This document shows, one piece after another, positions 18,626 to 27,545 of a DNA stretch of 64,000 bases. Origin of the DNA: an uncultured bacterium. Lineage in GTDB: Bacteria > Bipolaricaulota > Bipolaricaulia > UBA7950 > UBA9294. The translations under genes were made by a program, and so were the position numbers. Every line of letters starts with the position of its first letter. The stretch's first letter is position 1. Where the stretch lies: NCBI GenBank assembly GCA_903857865.1, contig CAIOGO010000008.1, positions 12,292 to 76,291 on the forward strand, in the 5' to 3' direction. The notes beneath the pieces were generated by a model, which searched no databases, was not told the origin of the DNA, and was given only the letters and a program-made list of their open reading frames with translations.

Positions 18626-19336
18626 GTGACTGTGCTCAGTGAGACCAAGCAGCTCCTGGACCTTCAGCAGGCTGACGTCCGGTTGCTTGACCTCATCGTC
18701 CACCTGGACCGGCTTGCCGACCATCGCTGCCAGCTGGAAGATCGAATCGCCCAGGAGCGAGCGAACGTCGCCTCGCTCCGCGACGCCCTACAGAGATCCG
18801 ACCTCGAAAGCCGGGCGCGCAACCTCGAAGTCGACGAGCTGGACATGCACATCCGCGCGTACCAGGACCGGCTCGACAAGGGCATCATCAGCTTCAAAGA
18901 GATGGAGGACCTGCGCGTGAAGATCGTGAGCGAGAAGGTCCGGATCGGTCGTCTGGAAGATGAGGCGCTTGACCTCATGGCCACGGTCGAGGCGGCGCGC
19001 GCTCATCTTGCGCAGGCACAGTCCGATCTCGTGCCGCGCGAAGAGCATCTGCAGGCCCAAGTCGCCGCCGCTATGCGCGAGACCCGGGAAACGGAAGAAG
19101 GAAGCCTCGCCCAACTCCGAAACGAACGCGTTGCTCTTGCCTCCGCGATGGCACCCTACCTCCTGGCGCAGTATGAGGCTCTGCGTGCCACTCTCTCCAA
19201 CCCCGTCGCCGCCGTCCAGCATGGCACGTGCGGCGGATGCAAGATCCGGGTCAGCGCGAACACCGCGGAACGCGTGCGAGCGGGCAGGGAGATCGTCACG
19301 TGCGAACACTGCTCGCGTATTCTCTTTGTCTTGTAG
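18626..19336 (+). CDS. zinc-ribbon coiled-coil protein (COG1579/DUF164 family)
   Basis: Long coiled coil followed by CGGC...17 residues...CEHC, a C4 ribbon. Confidence 0.8.
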   Translation: MTVLSETKQLLDLQQADVRLLDLIVHLDRLADHRCQLEDRIAQERANVASLRDALQRSDLESRARNLEVDELDMHIRAYQDRLDKGIISFKEMEDLRVKIVSEKVRIGRLEDEALDLMATVEAARAHLAQAQSDLVPREEHLQAQVAAAMRETRETEEGSLAQLRNERVALASAMAPYLLAQYEALRATLSNPVAAVQHGTCGGCKIRVSANTAERVRAGREIVTCEHCSRILFVL

Positions 19337-20016
19337 TTGCCGGTGCGCTTGGGATCTCCTGCGGTGCCTCCGCGACCAGCGTGCCATCTCCGATCGGGAA
19401 CCTCTCGGACTACGGGGCCGTCTTCGACCGCCATGGACGGGATGAAGTCAACGCGTCCATCGCGGAGATCGCCGAGCTTCTGCGGATCGACGTCTATGTT
19501 CTTCTGAGTTGGGAGAGTGCGTATCCCACCGTCGTGCAGCTCGCCGATGCCGTCTTCGGAGCCTGGAATCTGTCGCCGCGCCGTGCCATCCTCGCCGTGT
19601 TCCTGCGCGTCGGCTCGGACTGGACGGCCTCCGTCGTCGCAAGCAGCGGCGTACGCGCGGAGCTCGGTGGGATCGAGCAGCGTCTCGAACAGCGCATGCG
19701 GGACCTTGTCGACCATCGTCGCATCGAGGAGGCCGTCCGCGCGTTGTTCAACGAGCTGCGGGACCTCCCAGCCGCGGTCCGCGCCAGCGCCACGCTGGCG
19801 AAACTGAGGCCGGCGTCGTCGGGCGGCGGTCTGCCCATCGCGATCGCCGTCGGAGCACCCCTTGCCAGCGTCGCCGTCCTTGCGTTCGTCGTTCATCGTC
19901 GAGTGTGTCCGCATTGTGCGGGCATTCTCCGCGTTGAGCGTTCGCGCTTCCGCACCGTGTGCCGTTCACACAGCGTATACTACTGTCGTCGGTGTGGGTA
20001 TCGGCGCGGACGGTAG
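19300..20016 (+). CDS. TPM-domain protein with signal peptide, TM helix and C-terminal zinc ribbon
   Basis: GTG 19300 gives the signal peptide VRTLLAYSLCLVVAGALGISCGASA. TPM-like core (DYGAVFD...IDVYVLL...AILAVFL). C-terminal CPHC...CRRC. Confidence 0.6.
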   Translation: MRTLLAYSLCLVVAGALGISCGASATSVPSPIGNLSDYGAVFDRHGRDEVNASIAEIAELLRIDVYVLLSWESAYPTVVQLADAVFGAWNLSPRRAILAVFLRVGSDWTASVVASSGVRAELGGIEQRLEQRMRDLVDHRRIEEAVRALFNELRDLPAAVRASATLAKLRPASSGGGLPIAIAVGAPLASVAVLAFVVHRRVCPHCAGILRVERSRFRTVCRSHSVYYCRRCGYRRGR

Positions 20017-20357
20017 AGAGAGGGTTAGAGAGACGCTGGCCGGTGGCGAAAGCGCCGGCTGGAGGAAAGTCCGGACTCCGAAGGGCGGACCACTGAGGAA
20101 ATCTCAGCGGGGGTGACCCTCGGGAAAGTGCAACAGAGAGTAGACCGCCGATGGCCCGGCGCAAGCCGGGATCAGGCAAGGGTGAAACGGTGGTGTAAGA
20201 GACCACCAGCGGCCCGGGCGACCGGGTCGGCTCGGCAAACCCTGGTCGGAGCAAGGCCAAGTAGGAAGGCGTCTGAGAACGGCCCGTTCGAGCCTTCGGG
20301 TAGGCCGCACAGATGAATGTCTCTCCGCGACAGAATCCGGCTTATCGACCCTCTCTC
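20016..20357 (+). ncRNA. rnpB: RNase P RNA, bacterial type A
   Basis: Universal blocks GGAGGAAAGTCCGGACTCC, AGTGCAACAGAGAGTAGACCGCCGATGGCC, GGGTGAAACGGTGGTGTAAGAGACCACCAG, ACAGAATCCGGCTTATCG. P1 pairs 20016-20025 with 20348-20357. Confidence 0.92.
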
Positions 20358-20482
20358 GCCCCGCGCCGTGACGCGCCCTCCCGGGATCCAGCGGCCCCAC
20401 AGCGCTGACACAACTGCGGTTGCTGCGTCGTGCAAGCCACCCTATACTTCCCTACGAAACGGATGAGGAGGCGGTGGGGACG

Positions 20483-21154
20483 ATGTTTGACATGACGAGC
20501 CTTGTGATTCTGCTGCCGGCGATCGCTCTCGCGGCCTACGCCCAGTGGAAGGTCCATTCGACGTACAACCGCTACTCGACGGTGGAGGTCTCCCGCCATC
20601 TGAGCGCCGAGGACGCCGCGCGACGCATCCTGACGGCGCAGCACATCGACGGCGTGAGCATTGAGCGCACCGACCGGCGGCTGGGCGATCACTATGACCC
20701 GCGAAAGAAGGTCCTGCGACTGTCGGCGCCGGAGTCGAATTCGATTGCGGCGATCGGCGTGGCCGCCCACGAGGCGGGTCACGCCATGCAACACGCGAAG
20801 AGCTTCGCTCCTCTCGTCCTTCGGACCGCCATCGTCCCGATCGCCAACTTCGGCTCGCAGCTTGCCATTCCCCTGTTCATTCTCGGCATTTTCACGCAGC
20901 TTCCGGTCCTCATGACGGCCGGCATCATCCTCTTCTCGACCGCCGTCCTGTTCACGCTCGTCACGCTGCCCGTCGAGTTTGACGCCAGCCGACGGGCCGT
21001 CCACGCGCTGGAGCAGTCAGGCATGGTGACTGTCGAGGAGCTTGGAGCGGTCAAGGAGGTCCTGCACGCAGCCGCCCTCACGTACGTCGCGGCGGCGGCC
21101 ATGGCCGCACTGCAACTCGTGATGCTCCTCCTGTCGGCGAATCGCCGCCGATGA
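20483..21154 (+). CDS. zinc metallopeptidase, YugP-like (Zn_peptidase_2)
   Basis: N-terminal TM, LGDHYDP, HEAGHAMQH zinc motif, C-terminal TM helices. RBS GAGGAGG upstream of ATG 20483. Confidence 0.85.
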   Translation: MFDMTSLVILLPAIALAAYAQWKVHSTYNRYSTVEVSRHLSAEDAARRILTAQHIDGVSIERTDRRLGDHYDPRKKVLRLSAPESNSIAAIGVAAHEAGHAMQHAKSFAPLVLRTAIVPIANFGSQLAIPLFILGIFTQLPVLMTAGIILFSTAVLFTLVTLPVEFDASRRAVHALEQSGMVTVEELGAVKEVLHAAALTYVAAAAMAALQLVMLLLSANRRR

Positions 21155-21792
21155 AGCTCGCCCCGTCCCTTCTGTCCGCGGACTTCGCGCGTCTCCTCGA
21201 CGAGGCGCTGTCCGTGACGCCGCTCGCTTCACGCCTCCATTGGGACGTGATGGACGGCCACTTCGTCCCCAACCTGACGTTCGGCCCGCCGGTGGTCAAC
21301 GCGCTTCGGCGGCGCCTTGACCTTCCCTTCGAGATCCATCTGATGATCAGCCGCCCGGCGGAGTATGCGCCGCGGTTCGAGGTGCGCCCCGGCGATTGCA
21401 TCATCTTCCACGTCGAAGCCCTCGATTCCGCGGAGCGGGCGATCGCCGCGATCCGCCAAACGGGAGCGTCCGTTGGAGTATCCCTTCGCCCCGGGACGAG
21501 CCTCGAACGCATTGCGCCTCTCCTCGATGACGTCTCCGTCGCCCTCGTGATGAGCGTCGAGCCTGGATTCGGGGGGCAGGCGTTTCGACCGGACGCCCTG
21601 GAACGCATCCGGGATCTGTCTCAGAGGATCGGCGGCCGCGCCGTGGACATTGCCGTGGACGGCGGGATCCACGCCGGAAACGTGGCCGGGGTTGTCGCAG
21701 CGGGCGCTGAGATCATCGTCGCCGGATCCGCCATCTTCGGAGCCGCGGACCGCCTTGGCGCGATGCGCGCCTTCCTGGAGGCGGCACGGTGA
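21151..21792 (+). CDS. rpe: ribulose-phosphate 3-epimerase
   Basis: PSLLSADF, HWDVMDGHFVPN, MSVEPGFGGQ motifs. Confidence 0.92.
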   Translation: MKLAPSLLSADFARLLDEALSVTPLASRLHWDVMDGHFVPNLTFGPPVVNALRRRLDLPFEIHLMISRPAEYAPRFEVRPGDCIIFHVEALDSAERAIAAIRQTGASVGVSLRPGTSLERIAPLLDDVSVALVMSVEPGFGGQAFRPDALERIRDLSQRIGGRAVDIAVDGGIHAGNVAGVVAAGAEIIVAGSAIFGAADRLGAMRAFLEAAR

Positions 21793-22874
21793 GAGACGAC
21801 GAGTTTCTTGCCCTCGCATTGAACCTCGCGGAGATGGGAGAAGGCGACGTCTCCCCGAATCCCCTCGTGGGCGCCGTCGTTGTCCGGGACGGACTCATTG
21901 TCGGTCGCGGCTACCACCGCCGCTTCGGCGGCCCACACGCCGAAGTCTTCGCCCTCGACGAAGCGGCGGAGCGCGCGCGCGGCGCCACAGCCTACGTCAC
22001 TCTCGAGCCGTGCGCTCATTTCGGGAAGACGCCGCCATGCACCGATCGCATGATCCAGGCCGGCATCGCACGCGTTGTCATCGCCGCCGAGGACCCGAAT
22101 CCCCTCGTTTCCGGACGTGGCGTCGCGGCCCTCCGTGCCGCTGGAATCGACGTGGAGGTTGGCCTGTTGCGAGACGTCGCGATGCGCCAGAACGAGATCT
22201 TCTTCAAGTACATCACGACCCGGATCCCGTTCGTCCACCTCAAGCTAGCCACGAGCCTCGATGGTCGCATCGCGACGCGGACGGGAGATGCGCGCTGGAT
22301 CAGCGGCGAGCCGGCCCAGGTCAGGGTTCATCGTTGGCGACGACGTTACGCAGCGATTCTCGTCGGCATCAAGACAGTGCTCACCGATGACCCGGAACTC
22401 ACGGTCCGTCATGTCGTCGGCCGCAATCCCCTGCCGATCATCCTTGACCCGAGCGCGCGGCTTCCGCTCACAGCGCGCCTGCTCGGCGGCGAACGCCGTC
22501 CGATCCTCGCCGCGGCGCGCGTCGATTCGGCCCGGCAGGCAGAGCTCGAGTCGGCCGGCTGCCAGGTCTGGGAACTACCTACCGGGCGAGGCGACGTGGA
22601 CCTCAAGCTCTTGCTCGAACGACTGGGCGAAGCCGGCGTCGATTCCGTCCTCGTCGAGGGGGGCGGAGAGACGGCGGCCGCTTTTCTTGCCGCGGGTCTC
22701 GTCGATCGCGTTTCCTTCGTCATCGCCCCGATCCTCATCGGCGGGCGTGACGCCGTGCCCGCCGTCGGCGGGCTCGGGGCCGAGCGGCTCACGGACGCGC
22801 ACCGGCTGACCGACATCTCGACCGAGTGGGTGGGTTCCGACCTCATCTACTCCGGCCGCGTCGGGCGCGCGTAG
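21789..22874 (+). CDS. ribD: bifunctional riboflavin biosynthesis deaminase/reductase RibD
   Basis: Deaminase zinc motifs HAE and LEPCAHFGKTPPC; C-terminal reductase with LDGRIA and EGGG. Confidence 0.92.
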   Translation: MRDDEFLALALNLAEMGEGDVSPNPLVGAVVVRDGLIVGRGYHRRFGGPHAEVFALDEAAERARGATAYVTLEPCAHFGKTPPCTDRMIQAGIARVVIAAEDPNPLVSGRGVAALRAAGIDVEVGLLRDVAMRQNEIFFKYITTRIPFVHLKLATSLDGRIATRTGDARWISGEPAQVRVHRWRRRYAAILVGIKTVLTDDPELTVRHVVGRNPLPIILDPSARLPLTARLLGGERRPILAAARVDSARQAELESAGCQVWELPTGRGDVDLKLLLERLGEAGVDSVLVEGGGETAAAFLAAGLVDRVSFVIAPILIGGRDAVPAVGGLGAERLTDAHRLTDISTEWVGSDLIYSGRVGRA

Positions 22875-23848
22875 CCGTTCGCCACGAACCAGGCCACGGC
22901 GCTCGCCAAGGCCTCGCGAACTGGGGTCTGGGGCAAGCCCAGCTCGCGGATCGCTTTCTCGGGACTGTAGAACATGGTGTGGCGAGACATGCGGACCGTG
23001 TCGCGCGTCAGCCGCGGCTCTCGCCCTGTGACTCTGCACAGCCATTCGTTGGCTCCTGCAAGCGCCGCGACCGGCGCGTACGGAAGGCGAACCCGTGGCG
23101 CGCTCCGTCCGCTCACCTCGCTCAAGCGGGAGAGGAACTCCTTCAGCGCGAGGTTCTCGCCGCCGAGAATGTACCGCTCCCCGGAGCGCCCCTCCTCGGC
23201 CGCCAGCACGTGCCCGACGGCAACGTCTCGGACGCTGACCACGTTCATCCCTGTGTCCACGTAGGCCGGCATCCGGCCGTTGAGGAAGTCGACGACGACG
23301 CGGCCGGTCGGCGTCGGCTTGACGTCTCCTGGACCGACGGGGAAGGAAGGATTGACGATCACGACGCGCAACCCCCGCCTCGCGAACTCGGCGGCGACTT
23401 GCTCCGCGACGTACTTGCTCCGCTTGTAGGCTCCCACGATCCGTGCCGGATCCATCGGAGTCTCCTCGGTCACGATCTCCCCCCTGCGTGGGACACCGAG
23501 CGCAGCCACCGAGCTCGTGTAGACGACCGTCTCGATCCCCGCGCGTTCGGCGGCGGTGAAGACGTTGCGTGTCCCGACGACGTTGACCGCGTCAAGAAGC
23601 GCCGGATCTGGCACCCAGAACGAGTAGAGGGCGGCCACATGAAACACGCGCTGGCAGCCGCGCATGGCCCGCTCGAGCGAGTCCGCGTCGCGCACGTCCC
23701 CGACGGCGGTCTCGATCTGCAGATCGTGGAGATTGCGGAGATCCGCTCCCGTTCGAACGAGAGCGCGGACGTCGTCACCTCGATCAAGGAGCGCCCGCGC
23801 GACGTGGGAGCCGATGAACCCCGTCGCCCCGGTGACCAGTGACCTCAT
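22847..23848 (-). CDS. NAD-dependent epimerase/dehydratase (HpnA/dihydroflavonol-reductase-like SDR)
   Basis: Rossmann motif VTGATGFIGSHV and YxxxK (YKRSK). ATG 23848 chosen inside a longer ORF. Confidence 0.85.
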   Translation of the reverse strand: MRSLVTGATGFIGSHVARALLDRGDDVRALVRTGADLRNLHDLQIETAVGDVRDADSLERAMRGCQRVFHVAALYSFWVPDPALLDAVNVVGTRNVFTAAERAGIETVVYTSSVAALGVPRRGEIVTEETPMDPARIVGAYKRSKYVAEQVAAEFARRGLRVVIVNPSFPVGPGDVKPTPTGRVVVDFLNGRMPAYVDTGMNVVSVRDVAVGHVLAAEEGRSGERYILGGENLALKEFLSRLSEVSGRSAPRVRLPYAPVAALAGANEWLCRVTGREPRLTRDTVRMSRHTMFYSPEKAIRELGLPQTPVREALASAVAWFVANGYARPTRPE

Positions 23849-23939
23849 CGTATCTTCCTCCGGAAGAGGAAACGCGTCAGACCTCAGGCCCGACGCGCGC
23901 TTGACCCATACAAACCGCGCCAACCGGGGTGGCGCGCTG

Positions 23940-24012
23940 TGGGCGCAGCAGGGCTCGAACCTGCGGCCTCTCGGATGTGACCCGAACGCTCTCCCAGCTG
24001 AGCTATGCGCCC
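23940..24012 (-). tRNA. tRNA-Val (anticodon CAC)
   Basis: Reverse complement folds as GGGCGCA acceptor, D-arm GCTCAGCTGGGAGAGC, anticodon loop GTCACAT, T-arm GCAGGTTCGAGCCCTGC. CCA not encoded. Confidence 0.93.
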
Positions 24013-24028
24013 GCGTGCGCTATTGTAA

Positions 24029-24136
24029 CACGAGTCTCGCCCGAAAGGGAGAGACTCGCAAGCCGCTCGGCGCGACGTGGACTGGGTGGGCCACGAGTCT
24101 CAACCAAGGAAGGAGAGACTCGCAAGCCGCTCGGCG
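24029..24136. repeat. two tandem about 63-nt units, each with an 8-bp hairpin, between rng and tRNA-Val
   Basis: CACGAGTCTC-loop-GAGAGACTCGCAAGCCGCTCGGCG occurs at 24029-24072 and 24092-24136. Confidence 0.7.
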
Positions 24137-24152
24137 TCGCACGCCGAGCGGC
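24126..24152 (-). terminator. GC-rich hairpin directly after the rng stop
   Basis: GCCGCTCGGCG-TCGCA-CGCCGAGCGGC, an 11-bp perfect stem. The downstream T-tract is weak. Confidence 0.35.
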
Positions 24153-24154
24153 CA

Positions 24155-25366
24155 TCAAGCGTCGAACTTCGCGTTCTCCAACATGTCTGACAGACTCTCC
24201 CCGCGCCGCTTGCGTGTGATCTCTACCAGCCCGAGCCCGGTCATGTCGACGAAGTCTGCCGACACGCGATCCTTCTTCAATTCCTCCCGCACCCTGTCGA
24301 TGATTTGCTGCACGTGCTGAGAGTCGTCCATGTCCACGAAGTCGACGACGATGATTCCGCTGATCTGCCGGAGTCGAAGCTGTCGCGCAATCTCCGTCGC
24401 CGCCTCCAGATTCGTGTTAAGGATCGCGGCGGCTTGGTTGCGATGGCGCACGTCGCCGCCGGTGTTGACGTCAATCGCAATCAGAGCCTCGGTCTCGTCA
24501 ATGACAATCGACCCGCCTCCGGCGAGCGCAACGCGCCGCGACAGACTGTCTTGGATCTGGCGGTCGATGTCGTGTTTGGCGAACAACGGCTCCGGCCCCT
24601 TGTGGAGGCGGATCTGCTCCTTGTGCGCCGCCATCTGCATGTACTCCAAGAACGAGTGGATCTTCTCGTAAAAGAAAGGCGAGTCGACCACGACTTCCGC
24701 GATGTCCGGCCCCATCCAGTCGCGCAGAACCGCCTGTACAAGGCCCATCGCCTTGTACAGGAGGCGCGGAGATGTCGCGGTTTTCGCCGCCGCTCCGACG
24801 CGGTCCCAACTCTCCACGAGAAGTCGGTAGTCCCGCTCGAGATCCTCGTCCGTCGCCCATTGAGCCGCCGTGCGGGCGATCATTCCTTCGCCCGGTTTCT
24901 TCAGGGTCCGCGCGAGCCGACGGATTCGTCGCTGGTCTCGTACTGACTCGACGCGACGAGAGACGCCAAGGCGATCCTCCGTCGGAAGGTAGACCCAGAA
25001 CCGCCCGGGAATGCTGATCTTCGTCGTGCCCTGCGGGTTCTTCGTCCCGATGCCATCTCGCCGCACCTGGACCGTAATCATCTGCCCCTGACGCAACAGC
25101 TTACCGACCGGAATCCCCGCCTGCCACGGCTTGAACCCCTTCTCCTCGAGCATGCCGTCGTTCAGCTCGTTGAGAGAAAGGAACAGGCTCTTCCTCTCCC
25201 CAACGTCGACGAACGCCGACCCCATTCCTGGGACCACGTCTTCGATCCGGCCGCGGTAGATGTTGCCCACGAGCTTCTCGTGCGACGGGTGCCCGTAGTA
25301 GATCTCCATGAGCTTCCCGCCTTCGAGAAGCGCGACGCGTGTCCTCTTGTCCCCGTCCTCCGTCAT
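24155..25366 (-). CDS. rng: ribonuclease E/G family endoribonuclease (RNase G-like)
   Basis: S1 region LVGNIYRGRIEDVVPGMGSAFVDVG; catalytic core GGSIVIDETEALIAIDVNTG and IIVVDFVDM. The true start is probably upstream (see findings). Confidence 0.85.
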   Translation of the reverse strand: MTEDGDKRTRVALLEGGKLMEIYYGHPSHEKLVGNIYRGRIEDVVPGMGSAFVDVGERKSLFLSLNELNDGMLEEKGFKPWQAGIPVGKLLRQGQMITVQVRRDGIGTKNPQGTTKISIPGRFWVYLPTEDRLGVSRRVESVRDQRRIRRLARTLKKPGEGMIARTAAQWATDEDLERDYRLLVESWDRVGAAAKTATSPRLLYKAMGLVQAVLRDWMGPDIAEVVVDSPFFYEKIHSFLEYMQMAAHKEQIRLHKGPEPLFAKHDIDRQIQDSLSRRVALAGGGSIVIDETEALIAIDVNTGGDVRHRNQAAAILNTNLEAATEIARQLRLRQISGIIVVDFVDMDDSQHVQQIIDRVREELKKDRVSADFVDMTGLGLVEITRKRRGESLSDMLENAKFDA

Positions 25367-25377
25367 GTCGACGGAGA

Positions 25378-25878
25378 TCAGAATCCTCTTGTCGTCGATT
25401 TGGCCACCTTCTTTCCCTCATCGAGTCCCTTCAGGATGACTGCGAACGGCCGGCCGTCCCGGAAGTCCACGAGATCGGGCGCGATCTCCAGAAGCGGGAT
25501 CAGCGCGAAACGCCGCTCGCACAACCGGGCGTGGGGGATCACCAAGTCGGGCTCCTCCACGCTGAGCTTGGCGTATAGGAGGATGTCGATGTCGAGCGGA
25601 CGCGGCCCGAAGCGGATCCCCGCACGGCGACCGGCCGCCCACTCCGACTCCTTGCAGGCCTCGAGGAGGGAACGGGGCGAGAGCGACAGATCGGCCCGCG
25701 CTACGAGGTTGAGAAACCACGGCTGGTCCTCGACCCCGATCGGTTCCGTCTCGTAGAACGACGACCGGGCCGTCCACTCGACGCCACGTTCCTCGAGCGA
25801 CGAGAGCCCGCCCTCAATCAACTGCCGTCGATCCCCAAGGTTCGATCCGAACAGCAAGTACGCCTCGACCCGATTCAA
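25378..25878 (-). CDS. folK: 2-amino-4-hydroxy-6-hydroxymethyldihydropteridine diphosphokinase
   Basis: AYLLFGSNLGD, YETEPIG, RPLDIDILLY, IPHARLCERRF. TTG 25878 forms a TTGA overlap with the folB stop. Confidence 0.85.
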   Translation of the reverse strand: MNRVEAYLLFGSNLGDRRQLIEGGLSSLEERGVEWTARSSFYETEPIGVEDQPWFLNLVARADLSLSPRSLLEACKESEWAAGRRAGIRFGPRPLDIDILLYAKLSVEEPDLVIPHARLCERRFALIPLLEIAPDLVDFRDGRPFAVILKGLDEGKKVAKSTTRGF

Positions 25879-26264
25879 GTTTGACGTTTGGTCACCACAG
25901 CGAACGAGCATGCCTCGGGTCCCCACTCGGGGAAGGCAAGCTTTCGTATGCAGACTCGTACCTCAAGCAGATGCGGGAACTCCTGCAGCAAGTCGTCGGC
26001 GATCGCCCCGGCGAAGGACTCGATGAGGTGAAAACGTCGCCGCTGGTTCACGCTCCGAATGTGCTGCACGACGGCATCGACATCGAGGGTATCCTGGAGG
26101 TCGTCGCTCCGGACGGCCTCTCCCCAACGCCCCTTCATGTCGACGTCAATCCGAAACCGGCTGCCGCGCTCGTGCTCTTCCTCGTAGACTCCGTGGTGCG
26201 CGTGCAGCTCGATCCCCTCGACACCAAGGCAAACCTCGACGGATGCCTGGCCTTCGTTCTTCAT
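25875..26264 (-). CDS. folB: dihydroneopterin aldolase
   Basis: GVEGIELHAHHGVYEEEHERGSRFRIDV and LIESFAG motifs. ATG 26264 gives a typical 129 aa. Confidence 0.8.
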   Translation of the reverse strand: MKNEGQASVEVCLGVEGIELHAHHGVYEEEHERGSRFRIDVDMKGRWGEAVRSDDLQDTLDVDAVVQHIRSVNQRRRFHLIESFAGAIADDLLQEFPHLLEVRVCIRKLAFPEWGPEACSFAVVTKRQT

Positions 26265-26428
26265 CGCCCGTCGCTTTGCGTCCCCGGGGCTGGAGGAAGA
26301 GGTCACCACGCGGGTGACTTCCGGGATGTCCACAGCACCTCATTTGCAATGCCTCGCGCCTGGCCGGATCGATCCTGCCTCTGGTCGTCCCTGGTCCCTC
26401 CCCGGCACGCACGGTCTTGCATCACTCG

Positions 26429-26791
26429 CTAACCCTTCACGGCCTCTTCCTTCGCCAGCTTCGCGACCTCGGCGAACGTCCCCGGATCGCGGGCCGCGAT
26501 GTCAGCGAGCATCTTGCGATTGATGGCAACGCCTCGCTTCTCCAGGCCGCCCAGGAGCGCCGAGTACGACAGGCCGTTCTGCTTCGCGGCTGCACCGATC
26601 CGCGTGATCCAAAGGCTTCGGAAGTTTCGTTTCTTCAGGCGACGTCCGATGTAGCTGTTCTTCAGGGCCTTCATCACCGCCTGTTTGGCAATCCGGTGCG
26701 ATGTGCCTCGCTTGCCCTTGAAGCCTTTGGCGAGAGTCAGGATCTTCTTGCGACTCTCCTTTCTTTTGTTGCCTCCACGTGCTCGTGGCAT
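26429..26791 (-). CDS. rplT: 50S ribosomal protein L20
   Basis: MPRARGGNKRKESRKKILTLAKGFKG... Confidence 0.97.
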   Translation of the reverse strand: MPRARGGNKRKESRKKILTLAKGFKGKRGTSHRIAKQAVMKALKNSYIGRRLKKRNFRSLWITRIGAAAKQNGLSYSALLGGLEKRGVAINRKMLADIAARDPGTFAEVAKLAKEEAVKG

Positions 26792-26819
26792 GCTCTTCTC
26801 CTTCGCTCCCTCCCGGGGT

Positions 26820-27023
26820 CTACCTCTTCTTCGGCCCGATCATCCGGGTGATCATCTTCTTCAGTCCCCCGGTCACTTCCTTGGCGTTCCTCGCGTGTCG
26901 CTTCGCCTTCGGGCTCTTCTTCACGTTCTTGTGCCAGTAGTTCGACATCACGTGGAAGAGCTTCCCGCTCTTCGACCGCGTGAAGCGCTTCTTTGAAGCG
27001 GAATGCGTTCTCTGCTTCGGCAC
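26820..27023 (-). CDS. rpmI: 50S ribosomal protein L35
   Basis: MPKQRTHSASKKRFTRSKSGKL...; infC-rpmI-rplT synteny. Confidence 0.95.
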   Translation of the reverse strand: MPKQRTHSASKKRFTRSKSGKLFHVMSNYWHKNVKKSPKAKRHARNAKEVTGGLKKMITRMIGPKKR

Positions 27024-27046
27024 GCTGCCTCTCCTCCTCGAGCCGC

Positions 27047-27541
27047 CTACCCCTGCTGCGACGGCACGACCATCATCTGCAGTATCTTGCCCTTGGCCAT
27101 GGGTTGGCCCTCAACGCGGGCTATGTCCTTGACCTCTTCCTCCACGCGGCGCAGGAGCTCGTGCCCCTTGGTGGCGTGGATGATCTCGCGACCTCGGAAG
27201 AAGATGCTGATGCGAACCATATCTCCGTTGGACAAGAACTCGCGAACTCGGTTCAGCTTCGTCTGGAAGTCATGCTCCCCGATCTTGATCGTGAGCTTGA
27301 TCTCCTTCAGCTTTGAGCGGTGCTGTTGTTTGCGCTCCCGCTTCTCCTGCTGGTAGTAGTACTTCCCGAAGTCCACGATCTTGCATACCGGGGGGCTGGC
27401 TTGCGGAGCCACCTCGACCAGGTCCAGTTTCCTTTCCTTGGCGATCGCGATGGCCTTGTCCGTGGCCAGTACGCCCAGGTTCTCGCCATTCTCGTCGATG
27501 ACCCGAACCTCCGGAACGCGGATCCGTTCGTTCACCCGCAT
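27047..27541 (-). CDS. infC: translation initiation factor IF-3
   Basis: NERIRVPEVRVIDENGENLGV, DLVEVAP, KIVDFGKY. Confidence 0.95.
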   Translation of the reverse strand: MRVNERIRVPEVRVIDENGENLGVLATDKAIAIAKERKLDLVEVAPQASPPVCKIVDFGKYYYQQEKRERKQQHRSKLKEIKLTIKIGEHDFQTKLNRVREFLSNGDMVRISIFFRGREIIHATKGHELLRRVEEEVKDIARVEGQPMAKGKILQMMVVPSQQG

Positions 27542-27545
27542 CTTC

